A DNA stretch of 64,000 nucleotides from an uncultured delta proteobacterium. Its GTDB lineage: Bacteria > Desulfobacterota > Binatia > UBA9968. Below the pieces are notes generated by a model, which worked only from the letters and a program-made list of their open reading frames with translations, was not told where the DNA came from and did not search any database. Location of the stretch: positions 192,001-256,000 of the forward strand of contig CAVUZH010000016.1 of the NCBI GenBank assembly GCA_963745835.1. Direction: 5' to 3'. Position numbers and translations under genes: made by a program. Of this stretch, positions 1 to 10,503 are shown piece after piece; the stretch's first letter is position 1; the number at the start of each line of letters is the position of its first letter.

Positions 1-77
1 TGCCGGCGGACAAAATTTTCCAGCCGGCCTCCCGCTTCTCCCGCGCCGATTTTCCAGGTGAGATTCTGGTTGAATCC

Positions 78-106
78 TTGAACCGTCACTTCACCTACCG
101 TAGTAT
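78..106 (+). promoter_or_regulatory. sigma70-type promoter for the manC-trmI unit
   Basis: TTGAAC(78-83)-N17-TAGTAT(101-106), about 30 nt before the ATG at 136. Confidence 0.5.
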
Positions 107-135
107 AGAGCGCATTTCATGAATCACATTCTAAC

Positions 136-1269
136 ATGAGGCAAAAACTTTACAGCGTCATCATCGCCGGCGGCAAGGGAACACGGTTCTGGCCGCTCAG
201 CCGTTCGCGCAAGCCGAAGCAACTGCTTAAGCTCTTCGGCCCTAAGACTCTTCTCGACGAAACCGCGGATCGAGTACTTTCACTCGGGGGAAGCGATCGA
301 ACGCTGATCGTTACGGTAGCCGAACAATTAAACGCGGTGCGTAAAGAGTTGAGCGCGTTGCCGCGAAAGAACTTTCTCGCCGAGCCGGAGGGGAAAAATA
401 CGGCGCCATGCATCGGCCTGGCAGCGTTGGAAGTTATCGGCAGAGATCCTGACGCGGTGATGATTATTCTACCGGCAGATCATTGGGTGTCCGATGTGGC
501 GGCTTTCCGCCGCACACTTAAGGCTGCTGCTGAACTCGCAGCCCGGCACGATCGCTTGGTCACGATCGGTATCCAACCCGCCTACCCGGAAACCGGTTAT
601 GGATACATTGTCAAAGGCAAGCCAGTAGCGGATGCCGAAAACGCAGACGCTTACCATGTGAAAAAGTTCAAAGAAAAGCCGAACGCGAAGATAGCAGGGC
701 AACTACTCCGTCAAGGTTCTCTATGGAATGCCGGCATCTTCGCCTGGAAAGCATCTACACTGCTGGCGCTAATGGAGCAGTATCAGCCGGCAATTCACAA
801 GTCTCTAGAGAAGATTGCCACGGCCGCCGGCGGCAAATCGCTGGCAACCCCGGGTCCAAGGCTGGGTTCTGTGATTGCCCGCGAATATAAAAAAATGCCG
901 AGCATTTCCATCGATCATGCGATTCTCGAGCCAGCCGGCTCCGAAGGCAGAGTCTTGACGGTGCCCGGCCAATTTGGTTGGAGCGATGTCGGTAGTTGGG
1001 CGGCGGTGCATCAGATGTCGCCCCGCGACGCCGACGGCAATGCTGCTACTGGGAACTGGCTCGGCATTGACACGAAGGAGTGCCTGATTCATGCCCCGGA
1101 CCGTCTAGTCGTTCTACTAGGGATGCGTGATGCCTTCATCGTCGATACTCCGGACGCGTTACTTGTTGGAGACCTCAAGCGCTCACAAGAGGTGCGCGAC
1201 TTGGTCGATGAGCTAAATAAGAGAGGCCAGCGCTCTTACACCATTGACGAATCCACATCACGCCGCTGA
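136..1269 (+). CDS. manC: mannose-1-phosphate guanylyltransferase
   Basis: IIAGGKGTRFWPLSR..KPKQ, EPEGKNTAP, PETGYGYI, FKEKP, WNAGIF and WSDVGSW motifs; no C-terminal PMI cupin. Confidence 0.93.
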   Translation: MRQKLYSVIIAGGKGTRFWPLSRSRKPKQLLKLFGPKTLLDETADRVLSLGGSDRTLIVTVAEQLNAVRKELSALPRKNFLAEPEGKNTAPCIGLAALEVIGRDPDAVMIILPADHWVSDVAAFRRTLKAAAELAARHDRLVTIGIQPAYPETGYGYIVKGKPVADAENADAYHVKKFKEKPNAKIAGQLLRQGSLWNAGIFAWKASTLLALMEQYQPAIHKSLEKIATAAGGKSLATPGPRLGSVIAREYKKMPSISIDHAILEPAGSEGRVLTVPGQFGWSDVGSWAAVHQMSPRDADGNAATGNWLGIDTKECLIHAPDRLVVLLGMRDAFIVDTPDALLVGDLKRSQEVRDLVDELNKRGQRSYTIDESTSRR

Positions 1270-1279
1270 TTGTAATCTC

Positions 1280-2101
1280 GTGAATTCCAATTATCCCAGG
1301 GGGCCATTGCGCCAAGGCGAACCTATCGTTCTGCTCGACCGCAAGGACCGAGAGTATCTCGCTCGGCTCGACCTAAACCGGCCTCTAGCGATCCGTGGCG
1401 GCAAAGTGCTCGTTGAAGAACTGATCGGTCGCGATGAAGGTTGCACCGTGCGTTCTTCTGTCAACGAACCCTTCCTCGTTTTTCGCCCAAGTTTGCCCCA
1501 GTTGATTCCCAATTTACCGCGCAACGCGCAGGTCGTTTATCCTAAGGACCTTGGGCCAATTCTTATTTGGGCCGACCTTTTCCCAGGGGCGCGTGTAGTC
1601 GAAGCCGGCGCCGGCGCCGGCGCTCTGAGCATGACCTTGCTGCGCGCCATTGGCAGCTCGGGTCAACTCATTACCTATGAAATCCGCGAAGATTTTGCCG
1701 ATATGGCGCGCAAGACGGTTGCCAAATACTTCGGCCCGGCGCCTAATTGGACATTAAAGTTAGGCGACGTGGAAACCGAATTCGTGGAAACTGATGTAGA
1801 TCGCGTCGTTCTGGATTTACCGGAACCCTGGAAAGTGATCGACCGCGCCTGGAACGCCCTCAGACCTGGTGGCATCTTGCTAAGCTATCTGCCCACGGTC
1901 ATCCAGGTGAAGAGCTTGGTTGATGCCCTGCGCGCCGACAATCGTTTTGCCTGTATCGAAACTATGGAAACACTGATGCGCTTTTGGCACATCAAGGGCA
2001 TGAGCGTCCGGCCGCAACACCGCATGGTCGCCCATACGGGTTTTTTGACTGCGGCGCGCCGCTTAGCAGATGGCGAAAAAGACATTCCCCGAGGTCCCTG
2101 A
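1280..2101 (+). CDS. trmI: tRNA (adenine58-N1)-methyltransferase (GCD14/TrmI family)
   Basis: PRNAQVVYPKD, EAGAGAGALS, LDLPEPW, VRPQHRMVAHTGFL. Start is GTG 1280 or TTG 1244. Confidence 0.9.
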   Translation: MNSNYPRGPLRQGEPIVLLDRKDREYLARLDLNRPLAIRGGKVLVEELIGRDEGCTVRSSVNEPFLVFRPSLPQLIPNLPRNAQVVYPKDLGPILIWADLFPGARVVEAGAGAGALSMTLLRAIGSSGQLITYEIREDFADMARKTVAKYFGPAPNWTLKLGDVETEFVETDVDRVVLDLPEPWKVIDRAWNALRPGGILLSYLPTVIQVKSLVDALRADNRFACIETMETLMRFWHIKGMSVRPQHRMVAHTGFLTAARRLADGEKDIPRGP

Positions 2102-2117
2102 TCGGCGCTCGGGGAAT
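2084..2117. terminator. hairpin between convergent trmI and VOC genes
   Basis: perfect 10-bp inverted repeat ATTCCCCGAG(2084-2093)/CTCGGGGAAT(2108-2117); no clear U tract. Confidence 0.4.
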
Positions 2118-2145
2118 TGCAGATATGATCACTGCGGGATCATGA

Positions 2146-2565
2146 CTAAGGTTTTGACCAAAGCTGAATGTAGTTCATCTCAGGGTCAAAGAAGTAGATG
2201 GCTTTACCTGTAGGGCGCACGACCGGTTTGTCGATGAGCACTTTCACCCCCGCCTTCTTGAGTTCATCTGCCGCCTTGTCGAAATCATCCGAGCTGACTT
2301 CCAGCGCGATGTGCGAGGTTCCCTCGTCGAAATCACCCCGCTCGATTGGCTTCGGCCGCTGAAACAGAACTAAACACATGCCGTCTTCCATGAAGAGACG
2401 GGAGATCTCGGGAAACATCCCGTAAACGTCTTTGTAAGGACCACCACTTTCTGTGTCAAAGCCCACTTTAGTGCACTTCATTCCCAGTACATCGGTGTAA
2501 AACTTGGTTGCTCGTTCGAGATCGTTGCACGGCAAACCGATATGGTAGATCTGCTTTATCTTCAT
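2146..2565 (-). CDS. VOC/glyoxalase family protein
   Basis: HIGLPCNDLERATKFYTDVLG, HIALEV, IYFFDPEMNYIQL; strong RBS AAGGAGGTG. Confidence 0.88.
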   Translation of the reverse strand: MKIKQIYHIGLPCNDLERATKFYTDVLGMKCTKVGFDTESGGPYKDVYGMFPEISRLFMEDGMCLVLFQRPKPIERGDFDEGTSHIALEVSSDDFDKAADELKKAGVKVLIDKPVVRPTGKAIYFFDPEMNYIQLWSKP

Positions 2566-2857
2566 GAGTCACCTCCTTGTCTTCATCCTGTCTATACTGC
2601 AACGCGCGAGGAATTTCCAATAGCTCCAGGTTCTCGGGAACAATTCGTTTGCAGTGGCAGCATCCTTGACAGATCATCATCGGCAAGTCTAAGTATGCCC
2701 ACAGAAAACACCCTGCAGCAGAATAATTAGACATCGACAAGACGGAAACTATAGATGAATTCGACAGTGATCGTACAGCAAATTATGGCTATAGTAGCGC
2801 TGTATCATCAACCACACTATAGCTGCAGATGCGCCGTTAGCGAGGGTAGGGGTTCCC

Positions 2858-3634
2858 ATGGCAGCTTTCATTAAAGCTCACGACGTCTCTCTAGTCTTCA
2901 AAGCCAAGGATCGAGAGCCCGTCACGGCGTTGACTAACTTCAGCCTCGACATTGCCCAGGGCGAGTTTGTCAGTATCGTAGGTCCATCGGGTTGCGGAAA
3001 AAGTACCTTCCTCAATATCGTCTTAGGGCTGATTGAACCAGCCAGCGGCATAATTCAGTTGAACGGCACGCGCATTAGCGGTCCGGGCCAAGAGCGGGCG
3101 ATGGTTTTTCAAGAGTTTGGGCTGCTACCTTGGCGAAGCGTCACCGCCAACGTAGAACTCGGACTTGAGTTGAAGGGCGTTCCGTCTGCAAAAAGAGCGG
3201 CGCGCGCAGCGGAACTGATCAATTTGGTCGGATTGAAAGGCTTTGAAAACCATTATCCGCATGAGCTTTCCGGCGGTATGAAACAGCGCGTCGGTCTCGC
3301 TCGCGCGCTGGCAACCGAGCCGAAAGTACTGCTCATGGATGAGCCCTTTGCCGCCCTAGATGCGCAGACGCGCGACTTGATGCAAACGGAATTGCTCCAG
3401 ATTTGGGAGCGCTCCAAAAAAACCGTGCTCTTTGTCACCCACAGCATCGAGGAGGCAGCCTACCTTTCAGACCGAGTCATCGTCATGACAGCAAGGCCAG
3501 GCCGAACCAAAGACGTCATTCAGATAGATTTGCCACGACCGAGAGATTATGAGATGCGGCTTACGCCAAAATTCAACGATATCAAGCTTCGCATATGGGA
3601 AGTCTTGAGGGAAGAGCTGACCTCCCGAGGATAA
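2858..3634 (+). CDS. ABC transporter ATP-binding protein (NitT/TauT/SsuB type)
   Basis: Walker A GPSGCGKST, LSGGMKQR, LLMDEPFAALD, VTHS. Confidence 0.95.
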   Translation: MAAFIKAHDVSLVFKAKDREPVTALTNFSLDIAQGEFVSIVGPSGCGKSTFLNIVLGLIEPASGIIQLNGTRISGPGQERAMVFQEFGLLPWRSVTANVELGLELKGVPSAKRAARAAELINLVGLKGFENHYPHELSGGMKQRVGLARALATEPKVLLMDEPFAALDAQTRDLMQTELLQIWERSKKTVLFVTHSIEEAAYLSDRVIVMTARPGRTKDVIQIDLPRPRDYEMRLTPKFNDIKLRIWEVLREELTSRG

Positions 3635-3637
3635 AAA

Positions 3638-4426
3638 ATGGCTGCACAAGCGTTTTTTACGGAACACCGGCGGCTGTGGCTCGCACTCTGCTCCGTCTTA
3701 GTCTTGATCGCATCATGGGAATTGGTTTTGACCTACCTCTTCCCAGTAGATCCATTCTTCTTTACCAAGCCTTCACTGATCGGCGCAGCATTTAAAGAGC
3801 AAATCCAAGGGAGCAAACTCTGGCACGACCTCGCGGTAAGCAGCCAGGCTTTCCTCTGGGGCTTCACCTTCGCCGTGATCGTCGGCATCCCTCTTGGCTT
3901 AGTCATGGGTTGGCGCAGAAGAGTCGAATACTCGCTGGACCCGTTCTTAACCGCGCTTTACGCTAGCCCGCTGGTTGCTCTAGCGCCGTTGTTCATTATC
4001 GTTTTTGGCGTTGGCGTGCTCGGTAAGGCAGCGCTGGTTTTCTTACTCGCTGTTTTTCCATTCATCTTCAATACATTTGCCGGCGTCAAATCGACGGACG
4101 CGCTGTTAATCAATGTTATTCGATCGTTCGGCGGGAGTGAGAAGGATCTATACCTTAAGGTCATTCTGCCAAGCACGATGCCCTACATTATCGCTGGCGC
4201 CCGCCTTGCCATTGGCCGAGGTTTGGTCGGTATCATTGTCGGGGAATTCTATGCCGCTTCCGAGGGAATCGGTTTCGCCATTTCCCAAGCGGGCGATACC
4301 TACCGTCTCCCTGACATGTTCGTCGGCATTATCATTCTGTCGCTGATTGCGATTATTCTGACCGAGCTGATGCGCAGGCTTGAGCTCACGGTTGCGCCGT
4401 GGCGTGCGGGCGACGAGGTACGCTGA
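3638..4426 (+). CDS. ABC transporter permease (SsuC/TauC type)
   Basis: multiple TM helices, EAA-like loop, GIIVGEFY motif. Confidence 0.92.
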   Translation: MAAQAFFTEHRRLWLALCSVLVLIASWELVLTYLFPVDPFFFTKPSLIGAAFKEQIQGSKLWHDLAVSSQAFLWGFTFAVIVGIPLGLVMGWRRRVEYSLDPFLTALYASPLVALAPLFIIVFGVGVLGKAALVFLLAVFPFIFNTFAGVKSTDALLINVIRSFGGSEKDLYLKVILPSTMPYIIAGARLAIGRGLVGIIVGEFYAASEGIGFAISQAGDTYRLPDMFVGIIILSLIAIILTELMRRLELTVAPWRAGDEVR

Positions 4427-5223
4427 TGAAACCAGCCAAAATTTTTGCAGAGCACGAATCGTTAATATTCGGTTCCGGTTTTATCGTCCTATTACTTGTC
4501 GTATGGGAAAGCATTCCGCTCTGGTACACCCTGCCAAAGGGAATGGCGCTCTTCTTCACCACGCCCTCGAGAATCGCCGCGGCGTTTTATGAATTGCTTC
4601 TCGATGGGACCATCGAAAAACACTTTTACATCAGCGCAGTCGCCTTTCTGGCGGGACTAGGCTTGTCCATAATTGTCGGACTGCCGTTGGGGCTCGTTAT
4701 GGGAAGGTCAGTGACTCTCGAGCATTTACTGGATCCCTATGTGACCGCAGCCAATGCCACCCCCAGAATCGTCTTTTTGCCACTATTGATTCTCTGGTTC
4801 GGGATCGGCATTTGGTCGAAGATCCTGATCGTCTTTGCTGGCGCAGTTTTTCCGTTGCTCATCAATACCTATATTGGCGTCAAAAACGTCAACAGAGTTC
4901 TGGTGAATGTCGTGAGATCGTTTGGCGCTAATGAATGGCAAGTGATGAAAATCGTGGTGCTGCCGAATTCGGTTCCATACATCATCGCCGGGCTAAGGTT
5001 GGCCATCGGCAGAGCAATCCTCGGGGTCGTGGTCGGCGAATTTTTCGGCTCGAGCCACGGATTGGGTTACATGATCGCTTCCGCCGCTACCAACTACAAG
5101 GTAGACGTCGTCTTCGTCGGCGTCGCAATCTTCATGGCGCTTTCCGTGATCCTAACTCTCGCCGTAAAGCAACTCGAGTCCCGCCTAGCCAGCTGGCGTC
5201 CTGAAGCGGCAAAGAGTTTCTAG
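4426..5223 (+). CDS. second ABC transporter permease (SsuC/TauC type)
   Basis: TGATG stop/start overlap at 4424-4428; paralog of the previous permease (LDPYVTA, VVVGEFF). Confidence 0.92.
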   Translation: MKPAKIFAEHESLIFGSGFIVLLLVVWESIPLWYTLPKGMALFFTTPSRIAAAFYELLLDGTIEKHFYISAVAFLAGLGLSIIVGLPLGLVMGRSVTLEHLLDPYVTAANATPRIVFLPLLILWFGIGIWSKILIVFAGAVFPLLINTYIGVKNVNRVLVNVVRSFGANEWQVMKIVVLPNSVPYIIAGLRLAIGRAILGVVVGEFFGSSHGLGYMIASAATNYKVDVVFVGVAIFMALSVILTLAVKQLESRLASWRPEAAKSF

Positions 5224-5257
5224 AGCTACCGCTCTTTAGTGCTGACTCACCATGTGG

Positions 5258-6268
5258 TTACTTCCCTCCCGGTTTGCGCCCCATTTCCTTGAGAACTTCA
5301 TTAACGATACTACGATCAACGAACTGATTTAGATCCGGTAGCGGTTTGCCCTGTGGCCAGCCGAGTTCGGGGGTGGTTCGGGACTCGAACAGATCTTGGA
5401 TTAGGTCGGGCGGCATTTCGGGGCTGTACTTGTCATATACCTGACTATAAATGCTTTCGACCACTTTGGGATCTTTGATTTCAAAATATTTCTCAATCAC
5501 CTCCATGGTCCCTTTCTTGTTGTTCCTGATGTAATCCTCGGCTTTGATAATACCTCGGGTGAAGCGCTTGACGACATCACGTTTCTCTTTGATGAAATCT
5601 CGATGAGTGAGAAATGTTCCCCCCAAGCGCGGAATATAGTCGCCAGTGCGCATAAGAATCTTCATGCCCTCTTTTTCCGCTCGCGCCGCGTGTGGAAATG
5701 ATAGCACGCCGCCCTGAATCGAGCCTTGGATCAGGGCGGCAATTCGGTCGGGCTCGCCCGTGAAGCTGATCACTCGATAATCTTTGCCGGGCTGCATTTT
5801 GAAGTGCTTACCGAGGGTGATGACAATTTCGCTGTAATCGGCGGAGCCAGGGCGACCCAGGCCCAAGGTTTTGCCGCGAAGATCCTCGACCCGCTTGATG
5901 TCCGGCGTCGTCGTTAGCGTCCACTGTGAGATCAAAGATTCTCCCACGAAAAATACCAATGGCGCGCCCTTGAGCATCGCTTCCGAACCCCCGCCGGGAA
6001 TCGGCGTGAACTCGATCTCTTTGGCAATGGTCGCTCTGACCAGCACACCCGCGGTCGCAGCGATGAAACTGGCATCCAATCCCTCGGCCTTGAAAAGGCC
6101 TTTATCAATGGCGACGTAGGATGGAATGTGAAAGCCACTTCCACCGACGGTTCTTCCGACTTTGACCGATTGCGCGAAGATGGTCGTATGCCCGGCAACT
6201 ATCGTAAGGGTCACGGCTGCGAGAGCGGCAAAGAAATGTTCCCTACAAATCACCTTACGCAGATTCAT
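5258..6268 (-). CDS. ABC transporter substrate-binding protein (NMT1/SsuA/TauA-like)
   Basis: signal peptide, YVAIDKGLFKAEGLD, DLRGKTLG. Confidence 0.88.
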   Translation of the reverse strand: MNLRKVICREHFFAALAAVTLTIVAGHTTIFAQSVKVGRTVGGSGFHIPSYVAIDKGLFKAEGLDASFIAATAGVLVRATIAKEIEFTPIPGGGSEAMLKGAPLVFFVGESLISQWTLTTTPDIKRVEDLRGKTLGLGRPGSADYSEIVITLGKHFKMQPGKDYRVISFTGEPDRIAALIQGSIQGGVLSFPHAARAEKEGMKILMRTGDYIPRLGGTFLTHRDFIKEKRDVVKRFTRGIIKAEDYIRNNKKGTMEVIEKYFEIKDPKVVESIYSQVYDKYSPEMPPDLIQDLFESRTTPELGWPQGKPLPDLNQFVDRSIVNEVLKEMGRKPGGK

Positions 6269-6416
6269 TTAGCTCTCTCCTTTCAAGCAAGCGAAGTGAG
6301 GCGAAATTGAACCTACAATAGGCCCGCCTCTCGTGCTAAGCAAGCTCCATCGCTGCTGTTTGACAGCGCCAGAACACCAACCTAATGTAAGCTTTTGGTC
6401 GTTCAGGAGGCAAAAA

Positions 6417-7367
6417 ATGAATATCCTCATCACTGGCGCAGGACTCATCGGCGCCCACGCAGCCCGCCATGCCGTCGATGCCGGCAATAAAGTTGTTCTG
6501 TACGATTTATCGCCGAATCGAAACTATATTCATGAGATCGTCGGCACCGATCGGGTCGATATGGTGGCGGCCGATATTCGCGACTTGCCGGCACTGCTCA
6601 GCGCGTTAGAACAATATAAAATCGACACAGTGGTTCACACAGCCGGGCTCATCGGATCGCGGGTTCAGGAGAATTCCTATACCGGCGCCACCAACAATAT
6701 TCTTGGGACCATCAATGTCTTGGAAGCAGCTCGGCTGCGGCTACTCCGGCGGGTCGTCTACATAAGCACCTTTGGCGTGTATGATCGTTCGAAGATCGAT
6801 GACAGTGTCGTCCGTGAGAGCCATCCCATCGGCGGCCACAATCTCTATGCGACAACCAAGGTATGCTCCGAGCACCTGGTTCATGCCTACGCGGCCCTGT
6901 ATAAACTTGATACAGCAATCCTTCGACCGGGCGGCGTTTTCGGACGAGGCTTCTACGTCGGCGGTTCCACCGTCGGCAAAATCATGCGCGATCTGGCGCT
7001 CAACATCATCAAGGGCGAGCCTATCTCCCTCGATGCCAACGCCTATGGGCACAACGAGTACGCCTATAGCAAAGATGTCGGGTTGGCAGTCTTTCTCGCC
7101 TGCCAGAAAGAAAATCTGAAGCAGCGAATCTACAATGCCGGCACCGGCGTAGTGACCGGACCTGAAGAGCTCGCCCAAATTATCAGAGAATTATCTCCTA
7201 GCGTCAAAGTCACTGTTTCGGGCGCCGTCAAAGCCGATAGGAACAAGACAATTCCGCTGGATCTTAGCGTGTCGAAGGCCGAGCTTGGCTACACGCCCCG
7301 CTTCCCATTGAAGCAAGCGTTACGAGACTATATGGATGAGTTGTGGAAGCAAGGTTCGCGGGGATGA
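6417..7367 (+). CDS. NAD-dependent epimerase/dehydratase (extended SDR)
   Basis: ILITGAGLIG Rossmann motif, YATTK (YxxxK); RBS AGGAGG before ATG 6417. Confidence 0.88.
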   Translation: MNILITGAGLIGAHAARHAVDAGNKVVLYDLSPNRNYIHEIVGTDRVDMVAADIRDLPALLSALEQYKIDTVVHTAGLIGSRVQENSYTGATNNILGTINVLEAARLRLLRRVVYISTFGVYDRSKIDDSVVRESHPIGGHNLYATTKVCSEHLVHAYAALYKLDTAILRPGGVFGRGFYVGGSTVGKIMRDLALNIIKGEPISLDANAYGHNEYAYSKDVGLAVFLACQKENLKQRIYNAGTGVVTGPEELAQIIRELSPSVKVTVSGAVKADRNKTIPLDLSVSKAELGYTPRFPLKQALRDYMDELWKQGSRG

Positions 7368-7386
7368 GTTAGCTGCTTAATCAGTT

Positions 7387-8097
7387 CTAGTTCTGGAAGC
7401 GAAATCGAAATATGTAATACAGCGCCGAAACCCCGTCTTTCCAAGTAATCTTCTTGCCCTCTTGGTAGGTGCGACCATGATACGAGATCGGCACTTCGTA
7501 GAAGCGGTAACCCTTTTTGGCTAGCTTCATCGTGACTTCGGGCTCGAAGCCGAAACGATTCGATTCCAATCTGATGCTTTTGAGGACTTCAGCCCGAAAC
7601 ATCTTGTAACCCACTTCCATATCCGAAAGGTTCAAGTTGGTCAGCATGTTCGAGACCAACGTGAGCATCCGATTGCCTAACGAGTGCCAGAAGAATAATA
7701 CGCGATGCGCGCCCCCCCCGGCGAATCGAGTTCCATAGACCACGTCGGCAAGACCTCGCTCGATGGGTTCCAACAGCGCCGGATAATCGTGCGGGTCGTA
7801 CTCGAGATCGGCGTCCTGAATGATTATGACCTCGCCGCGCGCGTGATCCAAGGCGACTTTGATCGCCGCCCCTTTTCCCTGGTTATGAGGCTGTAAAAAA
7901 AATTTAAGTTCGTTCAGCGGGTCCGGCGCGCGCTCAGTTTCTACTTGCAGTCGGGTCAGAATTTCCCGGCTTCGATCTTTGGAGCCGTCATCAACCAGGA
8001 TAATTTCTTTGGGTAACTCGATAGAACACACGCGGCGGACAACCTCTTCGAGGGTGCGCTCTTCGTTATAGACCGGGATTAAAACTGACAGCTTCAC
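7387..8097 (-). CDS. GT2 glycosyltransferase (polyprenol-phosphate sugar synthase-like)
   Basis: LSVLIPVYNE, VDDGSKD, QDADLEYDP, FGFEPE, GKKITWKDG. Confidence 0.92.
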   Translation of the reverse strand: MKLSVLIPVYNEERTLEEVVRRVCSIELPKEIILVDDGSKDRSREILTRLQVETERAPDPLNELKFFLQPHNQGKGAAIKVALDHARGEVIIIQDADLEYDPHDYPALLEPIERGLADVVYGTRFAGGGAHRVLFFWHSLGNRMLTLVSNMLTNLNLSDMEVGYKMFRAEVLKSIRLESNRFGFEPEVTMKLAKKGYRFYEVPISYHGRTYQEGKKITWKDGVSALYYIFRFRFQN

Positions 8098-8879
8098 TGC
8101 TCGAATTCGCGCTTTTTAAGCTCACGAATATAGGCAGAGAGCTTGGGGTCGGCATTGACCGCTTCGTTGAGTTTTGCCTGGAAGTCAGCGGCGGCTCGTT
8201 CCAAGGGGCTCATATCGAGACGAATGCCCAGCCATTGGGTAAGCCGCAGCAAGAGCGCCAATGTGCCTCGTGGATTGGGCGACACAGAAAGGTAGTGAGG
8301 CAACGCGGCCCAGAGACTTAAACTGGGTATTGCAGCCTTACGACATACTTCGTTTAGGACACCAATGATTCCTGTCGGCCCTTGATACCGCGACGGTACC
8401 AGATCGAGCTGTTCCATCAGTTTGGGATCTGTAGAGAAACCGGAAAGCGGAACCGGACGCGTGTATAGAACTTCGTCGAGATAGGCGCCCAGGGTGACCA
8501 GCATTCCAACTTGGCACTCGCGGATGAAGCGCAACATCGTTTCGGTAAATGCTCGCCATCGCAACTGCGGCTCTACGCCAACCCCAAACACGAAATCCGC
8601 CTGCGCGCCGATGCCCTCGCCATAAAAGAAATCGTACGAGGGCCAGTGAATCTCGCGTTCTTTGTTATCGTTTAAGCGAACCATAGGGCGCTGCACCGAG
8701 AAGTCATAAAACTCTTCCGGATCGATGCTGGCGAATCTTTTGGCTAGGAGTTGATCGCACATATACCGAGAGGCGGTTGTCGCCGCCGAGCCAGCATCAC
8801 TCCAACCGGCAAAAGATAAAATGAGAATGGGATTTTTTAGACTGGGACGACTCTCAAAGTTGAGAGGTTCGATAACCAT
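8094..8879 (-). CDS. PAC2 (proteasome assembly chaperone) family protein
   Basis: FAGWSDAG, IDPEEFYDF..RP, GVEPQLRW, YQGPTGI, WAALPHY, PNPRG. Confidence 0.85.
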   Translation of the reverse strand: MVIEPLNFESRPSLKNPILILSFAGWSDAGSAATTASRYMCDQLLAKRFASIDPEEFYDFSVQRPMVRLNDNKEREIHWPSYDFFYGEGIGAQADFVFGVGVEPQLRWRAFTETMLRFIRECQVGMLVTLGAYLDEVLYTRPVPLSGFSTDPKLMEQLDLVPSRYQGPTGIIGVLNEVCRKAAIPSLSLWAALPHYLSVSPNPRGTLALLLRLTQWLGIRLDMSPLERAAADFQAKLNEAVNADPKLSAYIRELKKREFEQ

Positions 8880-9141
8880 ATCCGATCATAGCACACTGAA
8901 GCTATTTTATACAAAATTGTTATACGCTGTTCGGGCAAATGTTCTGCCACACGGTTTGCAGGCATGAGATCGATGATCGCCCAGCGATGGGCGCCTTCTG
9001 CCTTCAATATATGGGGGCCGATCGTTTGTCGTAACGGCGACTATAGCACTCGACAGAACAGCAGTCTTCAAGCTTTGCATGCTTAAATCTCTCGAGACTG
9101 GAAGCCGATCGTCAAAAGCTGGTATCATCAGTTTGTCGACG

Positions 9142-9876
9142 ATGGAGAGCAAGGCTGCTTTGATAACCGGCGGCGCCCGCGGCATTGGTCGCGCGGTGGC
9201 CCTGGATTTAGCGTCCCGCGGGTGGTCCGTGGCCATTTGCTATCGCACCAGCGCCAGTGCCGCGCACGAAGTCATCGAATCCATAAGACGCCACGGCACG
9301 GCCGCGCTTGCGTTTAAATGCGATGTCTCGGACCCACGCGCCGCCACTGCGATGGTCCGCGATCTGGAAAATCAATGGGGGCGCCTCGACGCGTTGATTA
9401 ATAGCGCCGGTCCTTATCATCGCATTCCTTTATTGGACGAAACCAACGAAGGCTGGCATTCGATGTTCGACAACAACCTTCATCCGATTTTTTATTTGAC
9501 CAAGGCGGTGGTTCCTTTAATGAAACAACGCAACTGGGGACGCATCATTTGCTTCAGCATGGCGAATGCAGAGCAGCTGATGGCTCAACCGCAACTGACT
9601 GCACATTACATCTCGAAGGTCGGAGTGATCGTTTTGATGCGCTCGCTGGCTCGCTTGGTTGCGCCCTATGGCATCACCGCAAATTGCATCGCGCCAGGGT
9701 ACATAGATTCCGGCAGCGCGCCCAGGGAGGAGTTGGAAGCCGCAGTAAAACGCATTCCGGCCGGTTATATCGGTACGGTCGAAGAGACAGCGGCTGTGGT
9801 GCGTTTCTTAGTGTCTGACGAGGCTCGCTATATCAATGGCGCCAATATTCAGATCAGCGGCGCCTGGGGGGTTTAA
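9142..9876 (+). CDS. SDR family oxidoreductase (FabG-like)
   Basis: TGGARGIG, INSAG, YISK in a YxxxK-like site, IAPGYID. Confidence 0.88.
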   Translation: MESKAALITGGARGIGRAVALDLASRGWSVAICYRTSASAAHEVIESIRRHGTAALAFKCDVSDPRAATAMVRDLENQWGRLDALINSAGPYHRIPLLDETNEGWHSMFDNNLHPIFYLTKAVVPLMKQRNWGRIICFSMANAEQLMAQPQLTAHYISKVGVIVLMRSLARLVAPYGITANCIAPGYIDSGSAPREELEAAVKRIPAGYIGTVEETAAVVRFLVSDEARYINGANIQISGAWGV

Positions 9877-9880
9877 ATCT

Positions 9881-10366
9881 ATGACTTGCTCTGAAGTTCA
9901 TACCAAAGCATTGGAGCTCGTGCAGCGGGCGATGAATCGCCAGATGGCGGGAGAGATCGAGGATTCTATCCGGCTGTACCGGGAATCGATCGCGCTTCAC
10001 CCGACCGCGGACGCGCATACGTACCTAGGCTGGGCATATAGCTTTCAAGGTCGGATTGACGAAGCTATTGCGCAATGCGAAATCGCCATTCAGCTCGATC
10101 CGCAGTTTGGCAACCCGTACAACGATCTCGGTGTTTATTTGATGCAACAGCAAAAGTTCGACGAAGCAATTCCCTGGCTGGAACGGGCAAAGCAAGCACA
10201 ACGTTATGAGCCGCGGCATTTCCCGTACATCAATCTCGGCCGGGTCTATATGATCAAGGGAATGCTTCAGAAGGCAATCGAGGAGTTCCGCGAGGCAGTG
10301 AGACTCAACCCGGCGGATACAGAGCTTGTCCAATTACTGGAAGAACTCGAAACCAAGCTACAGTAA
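9881..10366 (+). CDS. TPR repeat protein
   Basis: tandem TPR motifs AHTYLGWAY, PYNDLGVYL, PYINLGRVY. Confidence 0.88.
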   Translation: MTCSEVHTKALELVQRAMNRQMAGEIEDSIRLYRESIALHPTADAHTYLGWAYSFQGRIDEAIAQCEIAIQLDPQFGNPYNDLGVYLMQQQKFDEAIPWLERAKQAQRYEPRHFPYINLGRVYMIKGMLQKAIEEFREAVRLNPADTELVQLLEELETKLQ

Positions 10367-10503
10367 AGTAAAGAGCGGCTGTCTAAGCCGCGCCGCGGAT
10401 AAAGAGCGGAGCTTCGCCGTCCGCATTGCAGCGCGTGTGATATACCGCGGCTGTCATTTTATGCATGGCTCTCGGAACCTCGCCAAAGTTTCGGGGCATA
10501 GCG

